DNA of 64,000 nucleotides, from assembly GCA_964016885.1 (NCBI GenBank), contig OZ024746.1:73966001-74030000 (forward strand), in the 5' to 3' direction. Source of the DNA: Eledone cirrhosa (Eukaryota). A program made the translations under genes and the position numbers. The notes under the pieces are model-generated. The model searched no databases and was not told where the DNA came from. It saw nothing but the letters and a program-made list of their open reading frames with translations. Below are positions 1 to 14,106 of the stretch, one piece after another (within the stretch, counting starts at the first letter, position 1; the number at the start of each line of letters is the position of its first letter).

Positions 1-702
1 TTCTTATGTCCCGATTTTAACTCTAGCATATTGTCTTCTAATCTAACACATCATTCTTTTGTTGTTCATATTTTCTGTTATATTACCTTGATTCCAGCTT
101 CATGTATGTTTTAACGACACTGAATGAGGCTCAATTGATAATTTTATAGACACACTGTTTATGTTTCTTTTTACTTTCATAACGAATTCTAGTTATGAAT
201 AAGGTATTATAAAAATTTCCAATTCATTAATGAAGATATTGGATAATGTTAGACTGGGAACATCCAAGACAAGCACATTTGTAGTTTTATAGTTGTTGCT
301 GAGGTGCAGCATTGATCGTGTAGAATTGATGGAAGACATTTCAACTATCTCTTCTTTCTATATAACTAAGACTTTACTTCCAAATCTATCCTTTTCTATA
401 TAGATGCTAATATGTGAATTGAGGGAAATGTGACTGCTATTTCCAGCAAATGAAGCGACTTTATAGATAGGCTGCTTCTTGAACAATGAAAACAAACTTC
501 GCCAAGTTATATATTTATATATATAACACTGTAGCTCTTTGGAATGCACAACGGAATTCAATAAGACGAAAGCCTATTGTAAAAACAAGAACACGCATCA
601 CCTGATATCGTTCGAATTATAACAGTGTTATGCGTCCTACCATAGCTATGTAGATAGCAGTATATATATAAAAATATATGTGTATATATATACCCCCCCC
701 CC

Positions 703-808
<106 letters not shown>

Positions 809-1469
809 TATTTACACGTGTGGTATGGACGTAAGAAAAATAAATACAAAGACCACTGTTCATGAGCGTTACGGATAATATGTAGTCAGTATATCCTGTG
901 ACATATTTGGTGAGGAGTGCGATTTTGGACACCTTGCTGGAGGTAAAGCAAAACCCGTAAAAGTGTGGAGGAACTCTTTAGAATCAAGGGCTAACCAATA
1001 CCTAAGCTGTCTTGTTCACTGGGTTCGTGGCAAACTTTTGCATCAATCCTTTATTATCAACATTTCTAAAAAGTGTGACAGGTCCAATACAAACCTTTAC
1101 AGCTATAAACAATTCATTTGTATGGATAGCTCAACAGCTCTACCAGTTCTGTCTATTTGATATCCCACCATTAATTCAAAGCCCACTGACGAAAGAGGAA
1201 AGGAGTCCATAGCTAGAGCTCTACACGGTGCGACCACCAGGTGATGGCCGTTCATGCATAAATTATGAGCAGTTTGTGCTGTTCGTGTGTTCTGATGAGG
1301 ATAAAGCAAGTCTCTTTAGACATAGCACTGCTTTCTCTACGCAGGGAGGAGGTGGTAAAAGGGTAAAAGGAGCCCTAAACAAATGCTTTCTCGATTGTTT
1401 TACTAAGAAACAGTCAACTGCGGCATTCTGGTTATCCAACTATGCCACCGAAACAAAACGAATCATTTA

Positions 1470-2910
1470 ACTCTTGGTTCATTGAATTTTAGAACACTCC
1501 GAGACAGCAGCTCAAATCTGGAATGAAGATCAACTCTCCTCTGCAATGCACTTAATATATATTATATCAATAGCTGTACCATAACTGAAACCCGACTTCC
1601 TTGCACATCCCAAATTGAAGAAATATGAGAAGGGTTACACAGTTTTCTGGTCCTAAAAAAGTGAAGAAGTGCATCGTCAATCTAGTGTTGGTTTTATCAT
1701 CAGATCAGACATTGCTAAATCCCAAACATCATTCGCCAAATGCACCAGTGATCGTATCATGATACTTTCTCTGGATCTTGTAAACAACACTTCTGATAAA
1801 CTAGTGAGTTGTTACACCCCAACTCTTTATTCATCTGTGCAGGATCTCGAAACATTCTAGGATCAGCCTCCCACAGCACATTATAATGGGTGATGTCAAT
1901 GCTAGAGTTGGAAATGTGTAACAAACATGGCATGGCCTTCTTCGGTTTAATGGTGACGGACCAAGGAATTTGATCTTAGCATCACTAATAGCTTTGTTCA
2001 ATAACTTGCAAACCATATAGCAACATGGATGCACTCTAAATCCAAGGATTGGCACATGATTGACTATGTTATAAAAAACAGGCGTGGCCTAAAAGATTTA
2101 AAAATACCCCGCCCATTTCATCTCTCGGATCATGCACTGCCTCACAGTTTGTTTTCATGCAATCTTCTCCCAAAAAGTGGTTTTCAGAAGCCACCTATCT
2201 CACCCAAGGCTGATGTGAGTGTTTTCAGACCTACTGATAGGAGGCTGGAACTTTCTGCAAAACTTGGCTCATCCCTCGATGACATTAAGACTTCCTGAAA
2301 AGCGTTCAAAGATGCCACCTGAGTAACCTCCGTAGAAATCTTGGGGTTTCGTATGAGAAAACACCTGGACTGGTTTGATGAAAGCAATTCATGTTCAGAA
2401 CCTTAAAAGTAAGGCGTATAATCTACACAAGCTTTTCATTGAGGATAACCCCCGCCCCAAACTAAAAGGAAAACCTATGAAGATTGTAAGCAGGAGTCAC
2501 AATGCTCACTTAGAGAGATGAAGGATGCCTGGTGGACAGCTAAATCATCTGATAAAAAGGATTCAAGTGCAATTTATAATGAACTGAATGCGGTGTATAT
2601 TCTGAGGGAGAGTAGGTTAAATTCAGTTCTCTTCTCTAGTGTTACAACCCTTTACACAAACAAAGCTGAAATACCCTCGCGATGAAAGGAACACTTTGAA
2701 AAATTCCTAAATGCTCAATCAAACGTAGATGAAGCTGTCGTATCTTTTATTCCAGAAAGGCCACAGATACCCGAATTAGAATTCAATCCAAGCCACTATC
2801 AAGAAACTGTCATCCAATAAAGCTCCTAAAACAGATGGCATCTCACATACAAATTTAAAGTATTGTGGCCAAAGAACAAGTTTGCTGATGATGCTGCAGT
2901 GTTGTAACAT
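1470..2910 (+). mobile_element. Degraded RTE/BovB-like LINE (APE endonuclease, linker and a remnant of the RT), multiple stops and frameshifts
   Basis: Motifs in order across frames: LGSLNFRTLRD, SSVGFII, SDRIMIL, LVSCYTPT, IMGDVNARVG, WMHSKSKDWHMIDYVI, SDH, DWFDE, R*KEHF, NKAPKTDGI, then FADDAA near 2881. These match the APE-RT layout of RTE-clade ORFs. Confidence 0.88.
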
Positions 2911-2930
2911 CCCTCGAAGAGGAACTATAA

Positions 2931-3119
2931 TTAATTGTTTCTACTATTGGCACAAGGCCAGCAATTACGCCACTACATTACTGGTACCATATTTTATCGA
3001 CCCCGTAAGGATGAAAGGCAAAGTGAACCTCGGCGAGATTTGAACTCATACCATAAAGAGGCGTAACTCTATGCTGAAAAGCAGGGCGTCCGACCTTCTA
3101 CTGATACTGCCAATCCCCC
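2931..3119 (-). mobile_element. tRNA-derived SINE (family S1, octopus OK/Meta-like)
   Basis: Reverse complement of the ~190-bp unit at 22700, 22905, 24474 and 63217 (GAGTTCAAATC B-box-like motif; GCCTTTCATCCTTACGGGGTCGATAAAAT core). Confidence 0.9.
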
Positions 3120-3236
3120 AATAAACCGCTTCTAGCTTCTCTGTAAGGCGTTTGCTTTAACAATCAGCATTAAGAAGATTGAGGTGGTACATCAACAATG
3201 TACCGTCTTATGCTTTGTTATTCCTGTTTACCTTTT

Positions 3237-3275
<39 letters not shown>

Positions 3276-3419
3276 CACACACATATATATATATATATAT
3301 AACACACATATATATATATATATATATGTATATCTGTATGTGGTTGACGGCTGAGAGAAAAGAGTACTTAATACCGAAGTAGAGTTTTAATATTCATTTT
3401 ATTGAGGCTAAAAAGGGAG

Positions 3420-3469
3420 TCTTGTTATTCTAGAGTTTCGCCTATTTATCACAGGTTCATCAGACAAGA
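3420..3469 (-). ncRNA. Type I minimal hammerhead ribozyme motif, slightly degenerate
   Basis: Minus strand: tcttgt-CTGATGA-acct gtgataaat aggc-GAAA-ctctagaa-TA-acaaga. Stem I tcttgt/acaaga; single mismatches at the base of stems II and III. Confidence 0.65.
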
Positions 3470-3521
3470 ACCTATATATATATATATATACAGAGAGAGT
3501 GAGAGAGAGAGAGTGAGAGAG

Positions 3522-3585
<64 letters not shown>

Positions 3586-4501
3586 GAGAGTTTCTTATGT
3601 GACTATACTTATACGTATGTAAATGTGTGTATATGTGTATGTTTGTTTCTGTGTGTGTGTGTTTGTGTCTGTGTGTGTGTGTATATGTGTGTTTTTGAGT
3701 TACGTGGTTCAGCCGAGTTACTTCCCTTGAGTCTAACAGATTATTCAGTTAATTGATAGTGCGTTTCCCTGTTGGCGATAAAGAAAAAAAAACACACACA
3801 CACACACATACACAACACACACATACACAGACACATAATCATAGACACACACACACACACAAACACAGGACGAAAGAAATGATAAGCCTATAGCGTTGTA
3901 GTAACTATATTGATAGAATGTACGGAAATACAGCGAGGGAATTAGCTGGAAGTAGTGGGTGACTGTAATGTAGGAAGTTCATTCTTTTTAGATATTTCTA
4001 TCATTTTATGTATCTCGCTTTCCCTTCTCCTCCTAAAGTATTCATTCTCACCAACTCTCTCTCATTTTATGTATTTCGCTTTCCCTTCTCCTTACCTATT
4101 CATACCCACCAACTCACTCCCTCACATCATAGCTCTTCTCTGTCGACCAGCCTCTCTGCCTATCACCCTCTCTCGCTTCCATTCCTTAGCTTTTCCATCT
4201 CTCATCTCAACTTCTTATTTTCATTTCTCTTATATACATTACCTCATTCATTTACATCCTATTTCTTTCTCTGTGTCTCTCTCTCCGTATCCAACTCGCT
4301 GCTACTCTCATACTTATTCGCTCACTCTTTCACTGCATTCGACCATCTCTTTTATCACTATCTATCTCTAGCTAACTCAATTTGTCTGCTTCTCTGACAG
4401 TTTGGGGGCTGGGGTCTGTCATACCCAACTTTTCCACCCTCTTTCTCTGTCTCAGCTTCTCACTTTTACATTCATACTTATTCATTTGGATGCTCACCTC
4501 T

Positions 4502-4595
<94 letters not shown>

Positions 4596-4601
4596 TCTCT
4601 C

Positions 4602-4632
<31 letters not shown>

Positions 4633-4662
4633 AATGAAATAACAGGAGGCTGGACTGGTGTA

Positions 4663-4727
4663 AATACTATGATCATTTCAATGACCGGGTTCCATATGAA
4701 TCCGGTGATGTGATATCATCAGGTATT
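4663..4727 (-). ncRNA. Type I minimal hammerhead ribozyme motif
   Basis: Minus strand: aatac-CTGATGA-tatcacatc accgg attcatatggaac ccggt catt-GAAA-tgatca-TA-gtatt. Stem I aatac/gtatt, palindromic stem III tgatca, AUA cleavage triplet; base of stem II imperfect. Confidence 0.7.
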
Positions 4728-4859
4728 GGAATATAATAAAGGAATATGTAAAAAGCCATGGGTCCGAAAAACCATGGTGAACCAACAAACCTTAAGATAT
4801 ATATATCTCTCTCTCTCTCTCTCTCGTCTGCAACTTCAAACAACTTATGTTTACCGAAT

Positions 4860-5176
4860 TCGCAGCCCAGACCCCTTCTTCCTCCCGTCAGACCTGTGCG
4901 AAATTCCTTCCTTGCTCACATTTCAACCAGGTTTGATGGTCTTTATACTCTCGTTCACGATTTCACCGAATTTATATTCATATAAATCTGGGACTTGTTT
5001 CTTTCTTCATCACTTTCTGTTGCTTAAACCATTTTGTTTGTTTACCCTAGCGTCCCCTTTATTTACGTGTCCCAACGACTTTTTTTAGCCGTTGCTCGCA
5101 CCAACCTGAGGTATATGGCCTTTAAAGCGATGAAATGCCTACGACGGTTGGAAGGCCACTGATGAAGGACAAACTT

Positions 5177-5182
<6 letters not shown>
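4860..5182. repeat. Copy of dispersed non-coding repeat family F1
   Basis: Clear similarity to 9430-9730 (gacctgtgcgaaat...ttacgtgtcccaacgactt...ttagccgttgctcgcaccaacc...tttaaagcgatgaaat); ends in (TA)n. Confidence 0.8.
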
Positions 5183-5220
<38 letters not shown>

Positions 5221-5522
5221 AAACATAAATTATCGAGATTCGCATTTCGGCCCACGATATAACGAAAGACAACCTCCGAGATGTGCGGCAAGTGCTCAAT
5301 GATTCAGATGAACCAGAGCTATAACAAATGTTAAAGGCCAAACACACTGATACGATGGTTAAATAATCATTCGCATAGCCAAAAAAAACGATCAAGTAAT
5401 TCGGGTATTGAAAATTTACCCGGATCCCTGGAAGGTTGGTAAAATCCAGTATATGGGTTTCTGCGGCTCCTAAATCAAGTACCGTCCGCTTACATAAATA
5501 ATGTCAGGCTTCTGGTAAGATG

Positions 5523-5945
<423 letters not shown>

Positions 5946-6452
5946 TTCCATTGTCTATCTGCTCAGCCTCACTTCACCCCCAACCCCCACCTCTATTCAG
6001 TTTCAACTATTTAGTTTCACGTCTAGTCAGACAGTTCTCTCATTTTCTCATTCCCTCTTTCTGTCGTTCTCTCTCTCCCTCCTTCTCCATGTCTCTTACT
6101 CCTTCTCTCTCTATTGTCGCTCCTCAACAATACGGCCATGTGAGTGCTTATATCATTATGCACCATCTAGATGCATCGTTTGCACATATGTGTGAATGTG
6201 TATTTCAGTTTGTTTGCATACAAGTGTTTGCATGTGAAAGTATATATGAATATGAGTATTTATATGGAGATGTATTGATAAGTATATATGTGTATGTATA
6301 TGTGAGTATGTGTGAATGGAGGTTAGCGATATGTTTGTACAGGAATGTGTCTATTTATATAAGCATGTGTATGTGTGTATTTTATATGTGTGTACATGGC
6401 ACAGTACATGGGAGATATATATTAGTTTAACGTTTGAAATTACAGGAAGAGA

Positions 6453-6490
6453 GTCTTATCGTTTCGGACACTAGTTCTTCATCAGAAAAG
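6453..6490 (-). ncRNA. Degenerate very-minimal hammerhead-like motif
   Basis: Minus strand: cttt-tCTGATGA-a gaac tagt gtcc-GAAAC-gataaga. Core boxes are present, stems are imperfect. Confidence 0.4.
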
Positions 6491-7149
6491 TTAGAAATAG
6501 AAGACGAATAGAAAGTAAAGAATGATAAGAGGAAGAAAGGGGGAAAATGAGGAAAATTCTATGATCCTCCCCTATTTTACTAAAAACAACTTGACAGTCA
6601 GCTAACACAGAAAATAGATGTACAACGATGTTGATGATGATATGTGTGTATGTGTGAATATGCTGTCAAAAAAGCAAGAGCTTAGCCATTGATCCCTAGC
6701 TCTCTAATGTATTTACACTCTACTATCCCAAGTATTGAGTACTCTGGTGAATAATGGTCAGGTGTCGATCGCTATAAACAAACCCATCCACGAATATACG
6801 TATATGCAGATCGTGTATACGTATACATATGACTGCGTAAGTTTGTGTTTGTGTATATATATATATATGTACATATACTCAAGTATATATGTAAACATAT
6901 ATACGTACACACACACATACTTGCACGCGTGCATACACACACACACGCACACACACACATATATATATACATATATAAATTATTTCCTATGGAAATAACT
7001 CCTGTCAGACTAGCAGTGTTGTATCATTCGGTTGAAGACAGAAAAGTCATTTCCACCTGAAAAGATTTTTCAAGCGTTTCTATCTAATGTATTGAGTACT
7101 TAGTTTAATTATGGTCTCTTTGCTGAACTTATTTTCACTACTCACTCTC

Positions 7150-7162
7150 TGTATATACATAT

Positions 7163-7248
<86 letters not shown>

Positions 7249-7254
7249 TATGTA

Positions 7255-7340
<86 letters not shown>

Positions 7341-7346
7341 TATGTA

Positions 7347-7401
<55 letters not shown>

Positions 7402-7425
7402 TTATATATATATATATATATACAT
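7150..7425. repeat. (TA)n microsatellite, representative of dozens of (TA)n/(CA)n/(GA)n tracts in the window
   Basis: Directly visible. Similar tracts at about 700-810, 10890-11010, 12030-12215, 21430-21650, 27885-27970, 35900-36000, 42230-42360, 42690-42815 (TG), 58810-58930 and 59670-59760. Confidence 0.97.
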
Positions 7426-7573
7426 GCATCAGTCCATAAATCATTTAATAGGTCAGATAGTTTATTCGTATCCACATAAACTATAAGCAGTAGTCTGACA
7501 TATTAATAGATAAATTCATGAAGACGCATATGATGCACAGGTGGACAAACACACACAAACACACACACACACA

Positions 7574-7611
<38 letters not shown>

Positions 7612-7728
7612 CAGACAGACACAAACACATACATATTTATAATTGTATGCATATGTACTTGCGTATATATTTGTATATGTATATGACATAAACATACAGA
7701 CTTAAAAACATATGCGAATTCATGCATG

Positions 7729-8230
7729 CGTATGTATGTATGTATGTATGTATGTATGTATGTATGTATGTATGTATGTATTTTCTTCTGATTTCATTAT
7801 TTTATAAATGTTTACCAATAGAGAGAGAACCGGTTTCTAACATAGATACAAGACTCTTTCATTGGAATTTAGACAACATCAACTAGGTCGATATGTATGC
7901 ATGGGTGAGTGTGTGTCCCTATTTTTATTTGTGTCTTCATAGGTATGGATATTATTGTATGTGTAAATTTGTATGCTTTGAGTTATATGTGAGCACTTGC
8001 ATATAGTTTGAATCTATATATTGGTTATATGCTGTTACTACATGCAGAACTTTTGGAATGTTTTACATATTCTGACATTTTCATTAATGGATTGTACTTG
8101 AAATTTCTTAAGTCGTGTTCATCCTGGTTCTGTGAAGCCCAGTTTCTCAAGATTTGTACTAAATCAGTTAGAAACATACCCCAGAGCGACAATAATCGTA
8201 AGTATAAACCTGAAGGCATAGTCAGGAAGT
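7729..8230 (-). mobile_element. 3' end of RLE-type (R4/NeSL-like) non-LTR retrotransposon, family A, with (CATA)n tail
   Basis: Minus strand reads ALGYVSN..STNLEKLGF..KFQVQSINENVRICKTFQKF. Its 3' UTR is the reverse complement of 14960-15067 and it ends in (TATG)n at 7729-7781. Confidence 0.8.
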
Positions 8231-8234
8231 TTAT

Positions 8235-8470
8235 TTTTGAATGCCCACCTTCCTGTTGGCAAGGTTGTAATGCAAAAGAAATATTCATTGTTATTTGTAC
8301 AATCATTTATCCTTTGAGTCGTAAGAATGTTTTACAGATGTTGAAGTTACCAGATATCACGTCCATTTGCAACTTAGTAAAGGAGCCATGTTCGTTCTCC
8401 ATGCCATACTTTTGTCGAGGTGGATTGGGTTTATATATCCTGTACCACCAAAAATGTGCAAGTGTATCCA
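8235..8470 (-). mobile_element. 3' end of RLE-type non-LTR retrotransposon, family B (degraded)
   Basis: C-terminus LQMDVISGNFNICKTFLRLKG* is homologous to LQMAAIAGTFKICKTFLRFKG* at 16117; the 3' UTR motif cttgcca.caggaaggtgg is shared. Confidence 0.78.
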
Positions 8471-9123
8471 CGTGCAGGTGTTTGTGAGTGTGTGTGTTCG
8501 TTGAAGTTTTCGTGTGTTGTCGAAGGTGATGATGCGGGTGGTAGAGTGTGTATAAGCTGTAAGTAGTGGTGGTGGTGGTGGTGGTGGTGGTGATGGGGTG
8601 GTGGTGTGGATGGGGGTAGTGGTAGTAGTGTTGGTGATGCCTGCGCGTTCTGATGTACAAACAAACACACACACACACACACACATATAGGTTTCTTGGT
8701 GAGGAGGGTGACTTTGGACATCCTGCAGGACTAAAAACAAAACCTGTCAAAGGGCAAAGGCGCTCTTAAGAGTCAATGGCCATCCAAAATCACCGGGAGA
8801 GATGACCCCTTAGCCTTTGTCAAGGCAGAATTCTAGGAGAAGAAACATTCTGATATAACACCTGCAACTCTGATGGTATCCAATGATGTTGACTTGTTCT
8901 TCCTTTTGGTAAATATCATCTTGGTTAAGAGAGTGGGACTGGCTTTGTGCAGTACCTTTGCTCACTATAAAAGCTTCACGGCACAGGCATTGCTTTATAT
9001 CTGGAGATCTCTCTGCACAAGTCGCTGGCTGGACTAAAAAGTCACACTCGTTCAGCGCATCGGTAGGGGTTCTCCTACATGGATATAAAGTAGTGGCCGT
9101 ACTCGAAAACGAGTTGGCAGCCA

Positions 9124-9164
<41 letters not shown>

Positions 9165-9167
9165 TTA

Positions 9168-9776
9168 TAAAACGATGAAATACCAATGAAGGCTGGAAGA
9201 TCATTGTTGAAGGACTAATATTATTCATATGTAACCCATTTGCAACCACGCAGCACGCGATTTTTTCATATATTTATATATTTTCCTCCGCTGTGACCCG
9301 TCTGTTTCTTTCTTACTGCTTCCCCTTTCTCTGTATCTCTCACTTTCCTTTTACCCTCTCTGCCAGTCACTCTCTCAGTTAGCCTCTTCCTCACACTTTC
9401 ACTCACTCACTCTCTGCTACTCCCTCTCCAACACTTCCTCCCGTTTGACCTGTGTGAAATCCCTTTCTCGCTCACATTTCACCCAGGCTGGATGGTCTTT
9501 ATCTCTCGTCTACGATTTCACAGAACTTAAGTTCATCGATTTCAGGGACTTGACTCCTTCTTCCTCACTTTTCGTTGCATTACCATGTTTGTTTACATGT
9601 CTTGCTTGTTTCACCCTATTTTACGTGTCCCAACGACTTTCTTTAGCCGTTGCTCGCACCAACCAGAGGTATATGTTCTTTAAAGCGATGAAATACCAAT
9701 GAAGGCTGGAAGATCACTGAAGAAGGACTAATTTTATTCATATGTAACCCATTTGCAACCACGCAGCACGCCATTT

Positions 9777-9783
<7 letters not shown>
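9168..9783. mobile_element. Family F1 non-coding element with ~100-bp terminal direct repeats, between (TA)n tracts
   Basis: 9168-9271 is nearly identical to 9680-9783 (gatgaaataccaatgaaggctggaagatca...gcaaccacgcagcacg). Internal parts recur at 4860-5182 and 18184-18376. Confidence 0.75.
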
Positions 9784-9817
<34 letters not shown>

Positions 9818-9826
<9 letters not shown>

Positions 9827-10215
9827 GTGAGTTTTTTTTTATAAAATGAAGAATAACCGAGGTGTCCTACACGAGTGAAACTATAAAGAAAAAAAGATGT
9901 AATCGAAAATGCAACTGGAGTCTTATTTAAAAAAATATATATATATTTATTTGGTTCCTTTACCGGTTTCGCAGTTCTTCTGCTTTTCAAAATTAGAATT
10001 GAGATGGAGGGTCTGTGGTTTTTCTCACATCTGGTTCGTCTTTGAATGTTACTTGTTTTATATTGAAAAAAGTGGCTCGAAACGCCAGGTCTTTAGAGAA
10101 GTAATTTGATTGGTTGGTCAATAAGTTTAATAAATTTCGCGCCAGTTCGCGTTACAAAGTTCTTCAAACAAGGGGGCGGGGACTCAGGTTGTTTTTTCAT
10201 ATATGAGGGTTTCAA
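9818..10215. repeat. Dispersed repeat family F2 (inverted copy at 61408-61819)
   Basis: About 400 bp of colinear reverse-complement similarity, e.g. gaggtgtcctacacgagtgaaa, ggttcctttaccggttt and cagttcgcgttacaaagttctt. Both copies abut (TA)n. Confidence 0.85.
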
Positions 10216-10902
10216 TTTCTTTTTACTTAAAAAAAGGGGCTCACGACGGCTTTTTTTTATATAAATGTAATTTGATTGGTTATAAATGAAATTATGTTTG
10301 TCACGTGAACAAGGTTCATTAAATTTCGCGCTCGTATTTGGGAATTCATTTTGAAGCCTTTTAGAGAATTTTATGACAAGCAAAAGATAATGGTCAAGAG
10401 AAATGGGATGGGAGAATTGTTCTCGTTCAGTGAATATGGTTGGTTCGCTGGGGTGTCAGAATTCAGATTTTCTATTAAAATAAAAAAAGTAAAGATATGT
10501 ATGTTTATTTGTGTGCTTGTGTGTGTGTGTGTGTGTATAGGAAGATGATTCTATTAGTAGAAATGGGGGAGGGAGTGTGTGTGTGTCTTGTTATGTGTGT
10601 GTATGGGTGCTATGTGTGTGTGGGAGTATGGTTAGCATGTTAAGATGAAGAGAATATATATATATATATATATATTGTGTGTGTGTGTGTAGGAAAATGA
10701 TTCCGTTATTAGGAATATTTTTGAATAAACATATTTTCCTTACTTATTCGTATTTGTTCTGTTGTATTGTCATATTTGTTCTGTTGTATATATATATTAT
10801 TAGTACAGGTTAAAGTTTAAGCAAAGAATTTCCGCTTTCACCTTCTTAGCGGATCTTCTGAAACTCGAGCCCTCTTCGGATTTTGGTCTTCGTATATATA
10901 TA

Positions 10903-11000
<98 letters not shown>

Positions 11001-12025
11001 ATATACATGTGAACGTATATGAACGTATGTGTACGTGTGTTGGCATGTAAATTTCTGTGTAAATATGAATGTGTATATGTGTGTCCCTTTGGAAGAATGT
11101 CATATCTGTGTCTTCTCATGCATTATTGTATGTATATAGCTATAAGTACCATGTATATACGAACGTGTGTGTATATATATATATATACGTATGTAGGCAT
11201 TTTTATGTATTTATTCATATATGAACCTATATATGCGTATGACGTTTTTCTTTTTTTCTCTGTGCATATATGTATGTGAGTATGCTTAGATGTTTTCCGC
11301 TAATTTAGCTCGGTTGTCATCGACAGTGAATTTGAGGGCGGGCTGCATGGAAATATATTGGTATCATCATGGTTATTGTTGATGATTTTGTTGTTTTTGC
11401 TGTTATAGTTAGTTTTATATTTGTTTTTGTTTTTACTGTCGTTGTTCAAGAAATGATTGCAATGAAAATATTATATATTTGTTTATTTATTTGATTTTTT
11501 TTTTGTTATTATTCTTGATTGAAATATCTATCGGTCGAATAATTTAGGTTGAAATATGCAATGAGAAAATGAGAAATTCTTCGTTTGTTTGACTTTCTGC
11601 TATCGCAAGAAGTCTGCCACCAGGGAATGATAATAGTGCTACTTTGACAAGCAAGCAGAACACAGTCCGACTCAACCAGTCGGAAAGTTATGGCCGACTG
11701 CGTGTTGACTTCTTTGCCCGCTAGACTTCTCTATTTTCCCACCACCTTCCTACCATTTTTATTTTTATTTTTTGCTTTGCCGTAGAAAGACGTTCGTCTC
11801 CCGGGAAGATTTTCTTGTTCTTATTACTGTTATCATTAAGTTGGTGGTTGGGATGGCGGTGCTGGTAGTGATGGCTGTTTGTTGCGGTTGTTTTGTTGTG
11901 GTTTAGGTAGTGATCGTTCTTGTTTCTTTTGTTGCTTTTTCTTACTAATCTGATACAGCATGCATTTATTCACATACACACTGACACACCCGCACATATA
12001 TTTTGTGCGTATATATGTATGTATG

Positions 12026-12179
<154 letters not shown>

Positions 12180-12390
12180 TAAATATATATATAAATGTAT
12201 ATATATATATATATATTCATATCGGTGCAAATACATATGTAAACACATATTTATGCATAACGTTACTAACTGGCACACCTAGAGATATAGATAGATAGTT
12301 GGAAAATGTACACACATACACATGCGACTCTTATCTATCTACTACACGCACACACTCATACACACACACACACAAACACACACAAACACT

Positions 12391-12424
<34 letters not shown>

Positions 12425-12810
12425 ATACTACACATACACTGAGACACATACATACACATATATATATATATATGCATACATACATATATATATCCATACA
12501 TACACATATATATATACAAAAGAAAGAGAAAGAAAAGAAAGTAAACAAGTGTAATAATAAGAAATAGAAAAACAAGGACAAAGAGAATAAGGCGAAAGTA
12601 TGGAGAGAATGGAGATTGAAAGAATGAGAGAAAGATAAGGTAAAGAAAAAGAACTTTAGAATAGAAGAGTGATATATGCGTAGTGATTGAATGAATATTT
12701 AAAAAAAAATGTATTAGTGAGGTAAGTATAAGTATGTATAAGTAATAGAGCGAGGATCAGAAACGTGGAGATTCAGAATTAAGAGAATTATAAATATATA
12801 TAAAGAGAAA

Positions 12811-12917
<107 letters not shown>

Positions 12918-13019
12918 ACATTAAATATATATATATACACACATATATATATAGACAGAAATATAGATAAGTGGTCAGGTAGGGGTGTAGAGAGATAAAT
13001 ATTTAGTTATTTAGTTAGT

Positions 13020-13057
<38 letters not shown>

Positions 13058-13061
13058 TATA

Positions 13062-13356
13062 TATTTCTTTATTAGCCACAGGGGCACAAAAGAACGGGAC
13101 AAATACAAAGGGGGAAGTTTACATACAATAAAAACGTGTAAAATGTTATCACAGATGGAATTTAAAAGTTAGTCGATTTTCCCCAATAGAGGGAGACAGT
13201 TTATATGGGTAACACATACCCCCGAAAAAAAATGTGCAACCCTCATCTCCAGGAGTACGAAGAGCTTGTACTCCTTTCCTCTCCTCCTCCTTTTCCTCAA
13301 CCTACAGGCTGATATAGAGAGAAGGCCCATTCACTTGGGCCATTCTCGCCACTTTC

Positions 13357-13358
<2 letters not shown>
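13062..13358 (-). mobile_element. 3' end of L1/Tx1-like LINE (ORF2 C-terminus plus 3' UTR)
   Basis: Minus strand KVARMAQVNGPSLYISL* followed by a UTR ending tgtggctAATAAAgaaat, embedded in (GATA)n. Clade assignment is from recall of cephalopod L1/Tx1 C-termini. Confidence 0.55.
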
Positions 13359-13403
<45 letters not shown>

Positions 13404-13987
13404 TAGTCAGATAGATAGGGAGGTAGGTAGGTAGGTAGGTAGCTTTGTAGAGAGAATCTGAGAAGAAATATGACGAGGAAGAAAATGATAGAAAATATAA
13501 AAGTGTAGTGCAGAAAAGAGGAAGAAATCAGAGTGAGTGAGATAAAATGGGAGAGAGAGGGGGAGAATAAATAACGAGAAAAAGAGTGAAAGAGAGAGGT
13601 AAAGAGACACGGAAGAAGCTCTCAAAGAATGCGTTTCTGTTAACATTGTAGATGCCAACATTGATGACATTATTGATACGGATAGCTTAGGGAAAAATAA
13701 ATAGTCTTTTTCTATCGCAAAATTCAATCCTGTACATCGTATTATATGATTTTTAGCCTAAAGTCGATAAGAACATTTTACTTGACGATATGAAAGGCCT
13801 GTTTCAGTGTAAAAGAAGAGTCATCCTGAATGGAAGAAGAGCAGACGACACTGTATTGATTAAGTCTTAAGTAGTCAGGAAGAGGTGTTGTGTACAGGTT
13901 AGCTAGTTAGGTGTCTCTAAGTGAAACACACACACGTACGCACACACACGCGTACGCACACACACACATATATATTATGTATGTGTG

Positions 13988-14025
<38 letters not shown>

Positions 14026-14038
14026 TTCTATACCTTTC

Positions 14039-14106
<68 letters not shown>

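Noticed and set aside
1-560. 67-aa ORF and a possible retroelement remnant
   Set aside because: No diagnostic motif in the frames I could read.
1290-1310. CTGATGA core-like heptamer
   Set aside because: No matching stem II, GAAA or stem I arrangement follows.
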